A stretch of 45,029 bases of DNA from Acutalibacteraceae bacterium. GTDB lineage: Bacteria > Bacillota > Clostridia > Lachnospirales > Lachnospiraceae. The notes beneath the pieces are model-generated. The model was not told where the DNA came from. It saw only the letters and a list, made by a program, of their open reading frames with translations, and made no database searches. Below, piece after piece: positions 27,939 to 37,846 of the stretch. Made by a program: the position numbers and the translations under genes. The DNA lies in the NCBI GenBank assembly GCA_963597485.1, contig CAVBQH010000031.1, forward strand, positions 1-45,029, in the 5' to 3' direction. Position 1 is the first letter of the stretch, and each line of letters begins with the position of its first letter.

Positions 27939-27984
27939 ACATTGTCTGTACTAGCAGGCATTGTGGTTTTAGCACCTGCCGTAA

Positions 27985-28734
27985 TTACACTCCCAAAGGT
28001 TCTTTTGCAGGTGTTCCCGCTTTTCTTGGGTATCTTTTCCCGGTACTCTCCTTCTTCGTATAGGTAAGAATTGTTCTCCGATAATCCGTCTCAGGAAGAT
28101 AGAAGGAAAACTCCCTTGTCAGCTTTGCTCCGAGAATAGCAGCTGCTTTATTTCCGGAAGGGACTTCCTCCGATACCTTATCGCCCTTATAAGCAATAAA
28201 TTTTCCGCCGATCTTTGCAAACGGAATACAATACTCTGATAGCGTACTGAGATTTGCAACTGCGCGAGACACGACTATATCGTACTGTTCTCGATATTTG
28301 ACGTTATGTGCTAACTCTTCCGCTCTTGAATGTATACAAGTGACATTGGTCAGTCCAAGCTTTTGTACCGTATCTTCCAGGAACTTTATACGCTTGTTCA
28401 AAGAATCCATCAATGTAACATGAATATTAGGGAATGCAATCGCAATTGGAATTCCCGGAAATCCCGCACCGGTTCCAACATCGATAAGCCGAATAGTATT
28501 ATCATCCCCACAAATTGTTTCACGTGGAACACTGGTAAGAAAAGAGTAGCTATCCAGGAAGTGTTTCGTGTAAACATCCTCTTCTTCTGTAATGGCCGTA
28601 AGATTCATCACCTTATTCCATTCCAGAAGATTATCATAGAAAATCCGCAGCTGATGAATCTGATTCTCTGTAAGTGTAAAATCAGCAATAAACTGTTCCA
28701 GTCTGTCTAAAAACTGCTCCTCTGCCTTTGTCAT
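27985..28734 (-). CDS. rsmG: 16S rRNA m7G527 methyltransferase
   Basis: [30 protein letters not shown]. Confidence 0.95.
   Translation of the reverse strand: MTKAEEQFLDRLEQFIADFTLTENQIHQLRIFYDNLLEWNKVMNLTAITEEEDVYTKHFLDSYSFLTSVPRETICGDDNTIRLIDVGTGAGFPGIPIAIAFPNIHVTLMDSLNKRIKFLEDTVQKLGLTNVTCIHSRAEELAHNVKYREQYDIVVSRAVANLSTLSEYCIPFAKIGGKFIAYKGDKVSEEVPSGNKAAAILGAKLTREFSFYLPETDYRRTILTYTKKESTGKRYPRKAGTPAKEPLGV
28516..28531. other. parS site inside rsmG
   Basis: TGTTTCACGTGGAACA (reads VPRET in RsmG). Confidence 0.85.
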
Positions 28735-30668
28735 TGTACCGAAGACTCCTTTTTTAACTTCTCAATATAAATTAATAAGACAGCAATATCTGCCGGAGTA
28801 ACACCTGACATTCGAGATGCCTGTCCGATCGACGACGGCTGCAGCGCTTTCAGCTTCTGGCGGGCTTCCAGTCGAAGGCTGGTCACATCATCATAATCAA
28901 TACCTGAAGGAATCCGTTTATTTTCAAGTTTATTAAACTCTTCAACCTGTTTGCATTGCCTCTGAATATATCCTTCATATTTCAGATTGATCTCAACCTG
29001 TTCCGTTACCGCCTCAGGAAGGTCCGGACGCTCCGGATCCAATCCCTTTAATTTTGAATAGCTAAGCTCCGGTCTGCACAAAAGTTCCGCAAGAGAAACC
29101 GCAGTTTTTAACGGTGTAGAACCAATGCTGGCAAGATATTCCTGATTTTTGGCGGCAGCACCGACATACACAGATCGAAGACGTTCCATTTCCTCAGAAA
29201 TCAAAACTTCCTTTCGGCATACATATTCGTATTGCTCCCTGCTGATCAGGCCAACCTCATATCCGTATTTACGAAGCCGAAGATCCGCATTATCCTGCCG
29301 AAGAAGGAGCCGATATTCCGCACGACTGGTCATCATTCGATACGGCTCTCGATTGTCCTTGCTGACAAGATCATCAATTAAGACTCCGATGTAGCTCTCT
29401 GATCGTTTCAAAATAAGAGGATCCTTCCCCTTTAACTTCTGAGACGCATTAATACCGGCCAGAAGCCCCTGTGCAGCCGCTTCCTCATATCCACTGCTTC
29501 CATTGAACTGTCCTGCACAAAACAGTCCATCCACGGCTTTTAATTCCAGAGAAAGTTTTAAATCATTTGCATTAATACAATCATACTCAATTGCATAAGC
29601 ATTCTTTACAATTCGGCAGTTTTCAAGTCCCGGAACTGTTCGGTACATTCTCTGCTGCACATCATCCGGCATAGAGCTGGACATTCCATCCACATAAACC
29701 TCATTAGTTGAACGTCCCTCCGGCTCAATAAATACCTGATGTCTTGTTTTTTCAGAGAATTTAACAATTTTATCCTCAATAGACGGACAATATCTAGGGC
29801 CGGTTCCTTCTATAATTCCGGCATAAATCGGTGACCGATCCAGATTTTGACGAATTATTTCATGCGTATCCTCGTTCGTATAGGTAAGCCAGCAGGGAAC
29901 CTGCTCAATCTGTACATCCTTTGGATCCGTCGAATAAGAAAACGGTACTACCCTCTCGTCCCCCTTCTGAATGGTCATTTTCGAATAATCAAGGCTTCTT
30001 CCATCCATTCTTGCCGGAGTTCCTGTCTTAAACCGGCGAAGCGAAATTCCCATTTCGCGAAGAGTTTGTGATAGAAATGTCGACCGCTGCATACCCGACG
30101 GACCGGTTTCTGTTATGGCAGAACCGATGAGACACCGTGCATTCAGATATGTCCCGGTACATATAATAGCTGCTCTGCAGGTGTAAATAGTCCCCTGCTG
30201 CAGCTGCACTCCGGTAACTCTTCGATAATCAGCACCGTTGGCATCCTTCACAATCTCAGTGTAAATATTCGAAACCTCTCCCTGCCTGATTTCCAGGTTT
30301 TCCTGATTCTCCAGAACCCTTTGCATGCTTCTGGAATACTCCGCCTTGTCAGCCTGCGTGCGAAGCGAATGTACGGCAGGACCCTTCGACTTATTCAGCA
30401 TTTTGGACTGAATGAAGGTCTTATCTATATTTTTTCCCATTTCTCCGCCAAGAGCATCGATTTCACGCACGAGATGCCCCTTGGAGGAACCACCGATATG
30501 AGGATTGCACGGCATCATGGCAATGCTGTCAACATTCATCGTAAAAATAACGGTTCGCCAGCCATTTCTGGCAGCAGCAAGAGCTGCCTCGCATCCTGCA
30601 TGACCTGCCCCAATCACACATACATCAGTATCTATGCAATATGAATGCTCTCGATCAATTTCACACAA
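28731..30668 (-). CDS. mnmG: tRNA U34 modification enzyme MnmG (GidA)
   Basis: [45 protein letters not shown] start uncertain. Confidence 0.96.
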   Translation of the reverse strand: MCEIDREHSYCIDTDVCVIGAGHAGCEAALAAARNGWRTVIFTMNVDSIAMMPCNPHIGGSSKGHLVREIDALGGEMGKNIDKTFIQSKMLNKSKGPAVHSLRTQADKAEYSRSMQRVLENQENLEIRQGEVSNIYTEIVKDANGADYRRVTGVQLQQGTIYTCRAAIICTGTYLNARCLIGSAITETGPSGMQRSTFLSQTLREMGISLRRFKTGTPARMDGRSLDYSKMTIQKGDERVVPFSYSTDPKDVQIEQVPCWLTYTNEDTHEIIRQNLDRSPIYAGIIEGTGPRYCPSIEDKIVKFSEKTRHQVFIEPEGRSTNEVYVDGMSSSMPDDVQQRMYRTVPGLENCRIVKNAYAIEYDCINANDLKLSLELKAVDGLFCAGQFNGSSGYEEAAAQGLLAGINASQKLKGKDPLILKRSESYIGVLIDDLVSKDNREPYRMMTSRAEYRLLLRQDNADLRLRKYGYEVGLISREQYEYVCRKEVLISEEMERLRSVYVGAAAKNQEYLASIGSTPLKTAVSLAELLCRPELSYSKLKGLDPERPDLPEAVTEQVEINLKYEGYIQRQCKQVEEFNKLENKRIPSGIDYDDVTSLRLEARQKLKALQPSSIGQASRMSGVTPADIAVLLIYIEKLKKESSVQ

Positions 30669-30762
30669 AGTAATATTCCTCTATCACAGTATTTTTCACG
30701 CGCTGCAGGCAATATGCAGCATTCACAGTGTTTTACTTTCAATCCAGGGTGGTCAAGACTTT

Positions 30763-32208
30763 TTATTTTCCAAGGCAAAACCTGCTGAAAATTTCTTCCA
30801 CAAGATCATCCTCAACCTCTTCACCGATGACTTTACCAAGTGATGAATAAGCGTTCCTCAGATCTATAGAGAAAAAGTCCTCACTCATCCCAATTTCTAT
30901 ACTCTCCTGCACAAGCTCCAGAGAGTGAATGGCCTCCCGAATGGAATTTTTCTGAAACGCAGCAGAAACAAATGGCTCATTTGAATTCAGAACCGTATTG
31001 AATTGGAACAATTCCTCGATTGTGAGCCTGAGTCTCTCCAACACCGAATCATAATCAGCGGAATTCGAATGAAGAAGAGAAGTCTCCATCACACGTACCC
31101 TCTCCCCTTGCAGAAGACTCTTCGTTTCTTCCTCACCAATACTCGAAGGCAGATCAGATTTGTTTTTTATTACAATACCACATTTTCCGGCATCGATTTC
31201 TTTCTGAACAAAGGATGCAATTTCCAGATCTTCTTTAGAAATGTCAGCCGACGAGTCCAGAACAAATAAAATCAGCTGAGAATCCTCCAATGCCTTTTTG
31301 GCTCTCTCGACACCGATTTTTTCCACCTCATCCTCAGTTTCACGAATACCGGCTGTATCCGTTACATGTAGCAAAATATCACCCAAACGAATTGTTTCGC
31401 AGAGTGTATCTCTCGTCGTTCCGGCAATGGATGTAACAATGGCACGTTCTTCACCTGCCATTGCATTCATGAGTGATGACTTTCCGGCATTAGGCTTTCC
31501 TATAATCACCGTACGAATTCCGTCCTTCAAGACACTTCCCTGCTCCGAACGACGAAGAAACCCGCAAAGCTCTCTATGAATATCCATGCAAATGTTCGAA
31601 AGTCTGGAAGGATACCCTTCCAGAGAATAGTTTTCCGGATCATCCAGTGCCGATTCAATAAAGGCTATTTCGTACAGGATCCTTCCGCGGAGCTCCTTTA
31701 TTTTTCCGGAAACGCTTCCCTGCAGCTGATGAAGGCTTACCTTTCTGGCAAATTCATTTTGCGCATGAATCAAATCCATAACTGCGCCGGCCTCGGATAA
31801 ATCCATCCGTCCACCTAAAAAGGCTCTTTTAGTAAATTCCCCCGGTTCAGCCAGTCTTGCTCCGCAGCACAGAACCGCATCCAGGACGCGGTTTAATATA
31901 AATCGTCCACCATGCGTGTTAATCTCTGCAGTATCTTCTGTTGTGTAGCTGTGGGGCGCCTTCATCCAGGAAACAAGCACCTCATCAATCACTTCCTCTT
32001 CCTGCAAAGGATCGATAATCACTCCGTAATGAATGGTATTCGGCTTCCATTCCTTTTTAGGCATCCCGGATCTTGTTCTGTACAGACAATGTAAAATTCG
32101 TTCTGCATCCGGACCACTTACTCTGATAATGCCAATTCCGGCTTCCGAAGTACCAGTTGCAATAGCGGCAATCGTGTCTTTTTGATCTCTATCAAAGGTA
32201 AGTGCCAT
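30763..32208 (-). CDS. mnmE: tRNA modification GTPase MnmE (TrmE)
   Basis: DTIAAIAT, GKPNAGKSS, GTTRD, DTAG, NKSD, FCLGK. Confidence 0.96.
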   Translation of the reverse strand: MALTFDRDQKDTIAAIATGTSEAGIGIIRVSGPDAERILHCLYRTRSGMPKKEWKPNTIHYGVIIDPLQEEEVIDEVLVSWMKAPHSYTTEDTAEINTHGGRFILNRVLDAVLCCGARLAEPGEFTKRAFLGGRMDLSEAGAVMDLIHAQNEFARKVSLHQLQGSVSGKIKELRGRILYEIAFIESALDDPENYSLEGYPSRLSNICMDIHRELCGFLRRSEQGSVLKDGIRTVIIGKPNAGKSSLMNAMAGEERAIVTSIAGTTRDTLCETIRLGDILLHVTDTAGIRETEDEVEKIGVERAKKALEDSQLILFVLDSSADISKEDLEIASFVQKEIDAGKCGIVIKNKSDLPSSIGEEETKSLLQGERVRVMETSLLHSNSADYDSVLERLRLTIEELFQFNTVLNSNEPFVSAAFQKNSIREAIHSLELVQESIEIGMSEDFFSIDLRNAYSSLGKVIGEEVEDDLVEEIFSRFCLGK

Positions 32209-32230
32209 TTTTTCTCCTATACTCAAAACG

Positions 32231-32296
32231 CACCGATGTTTTCCGAAGGAAAATCGCGATGGGTACTGCAACAACCATGCCTGCCCAAGCAGGCGC
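32231..32296. repeat. Intergenic repeat (module X plus GCCTGC hairpin)
   Basis: Reverse complement of 32231-32263 is 29/33 identical to 18487-18519. Confidence 0.7.
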
Positions 32297-32314
32297 ATAC
32301 ATTCGTCTCATCAT

Positions 32315-32359
32315 ATCGTAAAAAAGAGGCCTGCACAAACGCAGACCTCTTCTTACGAT
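32315..32359 (-). terminator. Terminator after jag
   Basis: AAGAGGTCTGC-gtttgt-GCAGGCCTCTT followed by a T run. Confidence 0.7.
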
Positions 32360-32382
32360 GAATTAAATCTTATTAAGCCCCA

Positions 32383-33267
32383 TCATCTTTTCGGAGCAAT
32401 TACAACGCGGCGGTACGGATCTTCTCCCTCACTGTATGTTGTGACATACCGATCTGACTGCAGCGCAGAATGAATCACGCGCCTCTCATAGGGATTCATC
32501 GGCTCCAACGCCTGCGCTCTGTGGGATCTCTTTACCTTAAACGCAATGTTCTTGGCAAGATTTTCCAGTGTCTTCTTGCGTCTTGCACGATAATCTTCGG
32601 TGTCCGCTTTGACGTGAACATACCCATCCACATTCTTGTTAACAACAAGAGAAACAAGATACTGTATGGAATCCAGCGTCTGTCCCCTTTTGCCAATGAG
32701 GACGCCCATGTCATCGCCGTCAAAACAAACGTTCAGGATATTCTCCTCCGGATCAAAGGAATAGGAAATCGTAACCTCCATTCCCATTGCTCCGAACATG
32801 GCCTGCAGGAAATTCTCGGCTTTTTCCTTGAAGGACTCAATTTGTTCTTCTGTAAATACTGTCTTCGGCTCTTCCGACTTTACCGGAGAACTCGGTTTTG
32901 CACTACGAGGCGCCTTTGAGCTGCTGTAGGAGGAAGATCTGGTGAAATCCTTCTTCTCATAGCTGCGGCTCTTCTCTTCATAGCGTCTGGAGGAACTTCT
33001 TCGATCTGCCTCGTACTCCTCCTGCGTCTTCTCCTCATGAACATTTCCAAGGACATCTCCGCCGACAGCAGAAGACCCATGCTCATTTTCCTTAACCTTA
33101 GCGCGAATCACTGCATTGCGTGCATTAAAGCCCATAAATCCAAGGCTTCCGGCATCAACAACCTCATACTCCAGATTATCACTGGTCACAGAAAACTTGC
33201 GGCAAGCTGCTGTAATGCAGTCGTCCAATGTTTTATCTGTAATTTCAATGTACTCGTTTTCCATCAT
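32383..33267 (-). CDS. jag: RNA-binding protein Jag/EloR/KhpB
   Basis: Jag_N domain, KH LIGKRGQTLDSIQ, R3H ERRVIH. Confidence 0.93.
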   Translation of the reverse strand: MMENEYIEITDKTLDDCITAACRKFSVTSDNLEYEVVDAGSLGFMGFNARNAVIRAKVKENEHGSSAVGGDVLGNVHEEKTQEEYEADRRSSSRRYEEKSRSYEKKDFTRSSSYSSSKAPRSAKPSSPVKSEEPKTVFTEEQIESFKEKAENFLQAMFGAMGMEVTISYSFDPEENILNVCFDGDDMGVLIGKRGQTLDSIQYLVSLVVNKNVDGYVHVKADTEDYRARRKKTLENLAKNIAFKVKRSHRAQALEPMNPYERRVIHSALQSDRYVTTYSEGEDPYRRVVIAPKR

Positions 33268-34631
33268 TTCCCCTCCTTATCTGCTTTCCTGGAAGTGGAA
33301 TTTCTGGATACAGAATTATATTCCGCTACCATATTGGCTTTCTCTGCAAGACTGCCCTTCTTATAATGGCGCTCTGAAACTGCTGCAGTGTCCGCCGATG
33401 TTCCCTTTGAACCGCGATTCTGATAGCCGGCTTTCTGCGAAAGAGTCTGTCTCTTCGAAACTGTTTCATCTCCGGAAAGAGACTGCTGGCCGCTCTTGGT
33501 ATTCATCTGAGAATATTCCATCATTCTCTCATATGCAGTAGGTTTATCCCCTCGCTTTTCAGCCTTTTTACGGTTCTTTTCCTCCTGCTTTTTCAGGAAT
33601 GCATCCATATCCATCTTGTCAACACTGCGGTTGATAAAGATCTGCTGCAGGGACCGGATAACGGAACCGGAAATCCAGTAGAGTCCCATACCTGCAGGAA
33701 GTGTAAAGCAAAACCATGCAGAAATGATCGGCATCGTATAGTTCATGGTCTTCATAGAAGAAGCCATCTGGTCCTGCTGCGGATCTCCCGTGGATGCACT
33801 CTGCGTCGGCATCAGAGCCACGTTAATCAGCTGCGTAACGGCTGCCAGAAGCGGAACAATAACAGCGGCAATGATTCCGAGAATGGAGCCCGCTGCAATT
33901 GCATTTTTCAAGGTAAACCAGGGAGAGTTTCCGATGTTAAGTCCAAGGAAATTATTGTACTGCTCCAGCTTGGTGACCGTAGTCTGAATATCGGAAGACA
34001 GATTGGTAAAGTGCTCGCCAAGTGCAGTCCAATCTCCGGTGGAAAACCGGTTTAACACATCAATGTATGTATTCTGAACAACCGTTGAAACACCATTAAT
34101 AAAGTCATCGGCCTTGAACTCGTTGGCATACTGCGCAGCTGCAGATGTACTCTGCAGATAATCCGTTGCACCGGATTCTGCCATTAAATTTGCGACCAGA
34201 GGGAAAAAAGCATCCTTTACAAGACCAACGTAAGCCGGAATTTTATAAATAACCCGGTACAGTGCGAACAAAATCGGCATTTGAATCAAAAGCTGAACAC
34301 AGCTTCCCATCGGAGAAACGCCGTATTTCTTATATACCGCCTGAACCTCTTCATTCATCCGCATCGCGGATTCCTGATCCTTGCGGTTCTTGTATTTAGC
34401 CTGAATCTTCGAGATCTCCGGCTGCATCTTCTGCTGAAGCTTGGAAAACTTCTGCTGACGAATGGTCAGCGGCATCAATGCCATATAGATAATGACAGTG
34501 AAAAAAATGATAGACAAACCAATGCTTGGTATCCCGATTTTATCAAGAACCCAGAAAATGCCATTCATAAGATAACCAAGAAGAGTGGCAATGGGTCCGA
34601 TAATAAAGGTAGTATCCTGCGTTAAGAGCAT
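33264..34631 (-). CDS. yidC: Membrane protein insertase YidC/Oxa1
   Basis: MQPEI.KIQ.KYK, LIQMPI, LPAGMGLYW. Confidence 0.93.
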   Translation of the reverse strand: MLLTQDTTFIIGPIATLLGYLMNGIFWVLDKIGIPSIGLSIIFFTVIIYMALMPLTIRQQKFSKLQQKMQPEISKIQAKYKNRKDQESAMRMNEEVQAVYKKYGVSPMGSCVQLLIQMPILFALYRVIYKIPAYVGLVKDAFFPLVANLMAESGATDYLQSTSAAAQYANEFKADDFINGVSTVVQNTYIDVLNRFSTGDWTALGEHFTNLSSDIQTTVTKLEQYNNFLGLNIGNSPWFTLKNAIAAGSILGIIAAVIVPLLAAVTQLINVALMPTQSASTGDPQQDQMASSMKTMNYTMPIISAWFCFTLPAGMGLYWISGSVIRSLQQIFINRSVDKMDMDAFLKKQEEKNRKKAEKRGDKPTAYERMMEYSQMNTKSGQQSLSGDETVSKRQTLSQKAGYQNRGSKGTSADTAAVSERHYKKGSLAEKANMVAEYNSVSRNSTSRKADKEGK

Positions 34632-34660
34632 GGAACAATTCTCCTTTTTGTGGCGTTCTC

Positions 34661-34746
34661 GCCAAATTAAATTTCAAAATCATCCTCAGAAATGCAATCC
34701 ATTCTCGTCTGATTTATGAAATTTTGCCTGGCACTGAATAGTTACA
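34661..34746. repeat. Intergenic hairpin ending in the repeat-family terminal motif
   Basis: GGCACTGAATAGTTACA (34730-34746) is 16/17 to the reverse complement of 18472-18488. Confidence 0.6.
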
Positions 34747-34752
34747 GATGTT

Positions 34753-34965
34753 TCAAGGTACCGGATCGTATCCTCCATGAGAAAAAGGATTGCATCGCAG
34801 TATTCTCCACAGGGTAAGCAATCCCCCCTTCCAGGCCCCATACTTTTCAATGGCCTGCAGCCCATATTCTGAGCAGGTCGGCGTATAAGGGCACCTTGTA
34901 GACTTAAGAGGAGACAGATATTTCCTGTAAAACCGAATTGCTGCCAGCATGACATTTTTCATCAT
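34753..34965 (-). CDS. yidD: Membrane protein insertion efficiency factor YidD
   Basis: [25 protein letters not shown]. Confidence 0.93.
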   Translation of the reverse strand: MMKNVMLAAIRFYRKYLSPLKSTRCPYTPTCSEYGLQAIEKYGAWKGGLLTLWRILRCNPFSHGGYDPVP

Positions 34966-35308
34966 GATCAGATCCCCTATCACAACAACAGACTCCAGCT
35001 TTTTTCAGAAGAAAAAGGAGCGCTCTTTCGATCTCTTTATAACTGGCACCATCTGCCGATCTGCGCCCAACGACTGCAATATCCGAACCGCTATCGAATT
35101 CTCCTTCATGCAGTCTATAGCTTTCATGCACCAAACGTTTGATTCTATGCCGAACAACGCTGTTCCCAACCTTCTTACTCACAGAAATTCCGACTCTGTT
35201 TTTGTCCAGTCCATTTTCTCTGACATAGACAACTAGATACTTGTTGGCATAGGACTTTCCGTCCCGATAACATGTCCTGAAATCTTCGTTTTTCCTTAAT
35301 GATTCCAC
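34904..35308 (-). CDS. rnpA: Ribonuclease P protein component
   Basis: [31 protein letters not shown] 35308 after AAGGGG. Confidence 0.9.
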   Translation of the reverse strand: MESLRKNEDFRTCYRDGKSYANKYLVVYVRENGLDKNRVGISVSKKVGNSVVRHRIKRLVHESYRLHEGEFDSGSDIAVVGRRSADGASYKEIERALLFLLKKAGVCCCDRGSDHDEKCHAGSNSVLQEISVSS

Positions 35309-35345
35309 GATTCCCCTTGCTTTACATCTGTGTTTGTGATGAAAC

Positions 35346-35372
35346 AAAAGGGGCCGCATTGCTGCGGCCCCT
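35346..35372 (-). terminator. Terminator/attenuator after rpmH
   Basis: AGGGGCCGCA-gcaa-TGCGGCCCCT then TTTGTTT. Confidence 0.75.
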
Positions 35373-35385
35373 GAAAGTTGAAAGC

Positions 35386-35523
35386 TTAAACGGTTAACTG
35401 CTTTCTTCCTTTTGCTCTTCTTGCTGCTAAAACCTTACGTCCGCCAGCACTTGCCATTCTTGCACGGAAACCGTGAACTCTGGCGCGCTGCTTCTTCTTC
35501 GGCTGAAGTGTCATTTTTGCCAT
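35386..35523 (-). CDS. rpmH: 50S ribosomal protein L34 (not in the ORF track)
   Basis: Manual translation [55 protein letters not shown]. Confidence 0.97.
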   Translation of the reverse strand: MAKMTLQPKKKQRARVHGFRARMASAGGRKVLAARRAKGRKQLTV

Positions 35524-35674
35524 TTCAGTTACACCTCCTTTATCAGAAATATCCTACCTCATCGAACGATGTTAACCCAATCGGCAGATCCGGATACGAA
35601 CCCCTTGCCAAGGTACCCAATCCATTCGATACACAGCTCTGTAATAACAGAATCGTCTTACGAACAGCTCCCAT

Positions 35675-35704
35675 ATTATATGGTAGGAAAACTTACAGTG
35701 TCAA
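35675..35704 (-). promoter_or_regulatory. rpmH promoter
   Basis: TTGACA-18-TATAAT. Confidence 0.7.
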
Positions 35705-35780
35705 CTCCCAAAACCTTTGATTTTCCTCTACAAAATATGGGTTTTTAAAATATTTTTCTCCAATATTTGGTGTGCACAAT

Positions 35781-36172
35781 TCATCCACAAAATGTGGATT
35801 TCAAAAACTTTATCCACATTTTGTGGATAAATTGTGGATAACCCTGTGTTTTTACGCGTATACATGAGAATAACCATTACAAGAAACCAATGAAATAAAG
35901 CATTTCAAGAGAAATTTCGATTTATCCACGAAGTTATCCACATTTCCACATTTTTGGGGATATCTTTTCTGTTTCCACCCGCTTTTGACGGTTATCCACA
36001 ATTTGAAAGATCCATAAAAGTAGTATAAGATAACATCTGCATCTCGAAAAAGTGTTGATTTTACAGTGTTTTTCAGCATTATCCACTCTGATATCCACAC
36101 ACATTCGACGAAACAACCTGAATTGGGATTTTCACATTTCCATCATTATACGCATCGATCATTTGTGAATAA
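35781..36172. other. oriC DnaA-box cluster (rpmH-dnaA intergenic)
   Basis: Perfect TTATCCACA at 35810, 35822(-), 35833(-), 35934, 35992, plus near-consensus boxes at 35781, 35922, 36079, 36091, 36164(-); gene strand flips here. Confidence 0.93.
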
Positions 36173-36253
36173 TCTCCGTCTTCTTATCAAAAAAAGCAGT
36201 AATCGCTTGCGTTACACGAACATCAACGGATGCTTTAGGTAGGGGTATAAGTT

Positions 36254-37618
36254 ATGAACATCGATGAATTGAAGCTTGGATGGAATGAGATCAAGGAGAA
36301 TATTCGGGATATCTACCGGATTTCGGATGTTTCCTATAACACGTGGATCCGCGATCTGGAACTTGGAAGTTTGAATGATGACGTTTTGAGTGTCTGCATT
36401 CCAAGCGATAATCCCCTTATGCTCTCTTACTATGAGAAAAAATACCTGGAACCCATCCAGGCCTCCATATCGGAGCATGTAAATCATCCGATTCAGATCA
36501 TGTTTGTTCTTAAAAATGATGAGAAAACGCAGGAGCAGACGGATCAGCTGCAGAAAAAGAATTCTCTTGCCGTTAAGGCAGAGGATGCAAATTTGAATCT
36601 GCGTTATCGTTTCGATACCTTCGTCGTAGGAGCTAATAACCGTTTTGCACAGTCCGCCTGCGTAGCTGTGGCGGAATCCCCGGGTGCTGTTTATAATCCT
36701 CTCTTTCTGTACGGAGGAGCAGGACTTGGCAAAACGCACCTTATGCATTCCATTGGACATTACATTCTTGAACAAAATCCGGATGTCAGAGTCCTTTATG
36801 TGACCAGTGAGCAGTTTACAAACGAAGTGATTGAATCCATTCGAAGCGGAAATGCACAGTCAATGACAAGACTTCGTGACAAATATCGAACGGTAGACGT
36901 TCTTCTGATCGATGATATCCAGTTCATCATAGGAAAAGAATCCACTCAGGAGGAGTTCTTCCATACCTTTAATGAGCTGCATGCAGCCGGCAAACAGATC
37001 GTTCTATCCTCCGACCGCCCTCCAAAGGAAATGGAAACACTCGATGAACGCTTCCGTTCTCGCTTTGAAATGGGATTAATTGCGGATATTCAGGCACCGG
37101 ATTATGAAACAAGAATGGCCATTCTCCGCAAAAACGCCGATGAACAGCACCTTGTGATCGAAGACCAGATTCTGGAATACATCGCTACAAACATTAAATC
37201 CAACATTCGTGAACTGGAAGGCGCATTTAATAAGATCATTGCATATTCCAAACTGAATAATGTAGAGATTAATCTCACAATGGCGCAGGATGTTCTAAAA
37301 GACATCATCTACCCGAATGCGGAGCACAGCATTACACCAAAAATGATCGCGAACATCGTATGTGAGCACTACGGCGTAAAACTCTCCATGGTTGCTTCCC
37401 GCAAAAAAAACTCAGAATGCGTCATTCCAAGACAGGTGATCATGTACATGTGCCGCGAATACACCGATGCCACGCTGGATTCCATTGCACATCTGCTCAA
37501 TAAAAAGGATCACTCTACCGTCATGCACGGTGTGGATAAAGTGAAGGAGGAAATGGAGAATAACGAGGAATTAAAGACCAATATCTCCATTATCAAGAAA
37601 AAACTAAACCTTCAATAG
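36254..37618 (+). CDS. dnaA: Chromosomal replication initiator DnaA
   Basis: YNPLFLYGGAGLGKTHL, LLIDDIQF, RELEG, DHSTV. Confidence 0.97.
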   Translation: MNIDELKLGWNEIKENIRDIYRISDVSYNTWIRDLELGSLNDDVLSVCIPSDNPLMLSYYEKKYLEPIQASISEHVNHPIQIMFVLKNDEKTQEQTDQLQKKNSLAVKAEDANLNLRYRFDTFVVGANNRFAQSACVAVAESPGAVYNPLFLYGGAGLGKTHLMHSIGHYILEQNPDVRVLYVTSEQFTNEVIESIRSGNAQSMTRLRDKYRTVDVLLIDDIQFIIGKESTQEEFFHTFNELHAAGKQIVLSSDRPPKEMETLDERFRSRFEMGLIADIQAPDYETRMAILRKNADEQHLVIEDQILEYIATNIKSNIRELEGAFNKIIAYSKLNNVEINLTMAQDVLKDIIYPNAEHSITPKMIANIVCEHYGVKLSMVASRKKNSECVIPRQVIMYMCREYTDATLDSIAHLLNKKDHSTVMHGVDKVKEEMENNEELKTNISIIKKKLNLQ

Positions 37619-37680
37619 CGGGTGCTGAGCATCATCTCTTACCGGTTCTTGTTTATAAAATACTTGATTTCCACACAAAA

Positions 37681-37713
37681 CGGGGCTGCCTATAACCAGT
37701 ACGGACAGCCCCG
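37681..37713 (+). terminator. Hairpin after dnaA
   Basis: CGGGGCTG...CAGCCCCG then CTTT. Confidence 0.45.
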
Positions 37714-37719
37714 CTTTCA

Positions 37720-37748
37720 TTGATAAAATGGGGCTTTTTTGTTACAAT
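37720..37748 (+). promoter_or_regulatory. dnaN promoter
   Basis: TTGATA-17-TACAAT with TGn extension. Confidence 0.65.
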
Positions 37749-37756
37749 CGAGAAGG

Positions 37757-37808
37757 TTGTTCACTATTGAACGGCCTTTATTATGTACTACGATTATTCT
37801 TTACTTAT
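37757..37808 (+). other. Probable origin unwinding site (degenerate DnaA box, GC patch, DnaA-trio-like run)
   Basis: TTGTTCACT...GGCC-TTTATTATGTACTACGATTATT directly upstream of dnaN, the layout of the B. subtilis basal unwinding system. Confidence 0.5.
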
Positions 37809-37846
37809 AGGCAGCCGGCACTTTGTCGGCAGGCAGGACAGAACAT

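Noticed and set aside
35524..35670. Long rpmH leader with a repeated GATTGGGT
   Set aside because: Only weak pairing is visible; cannot support a structured RNA without an alignment.
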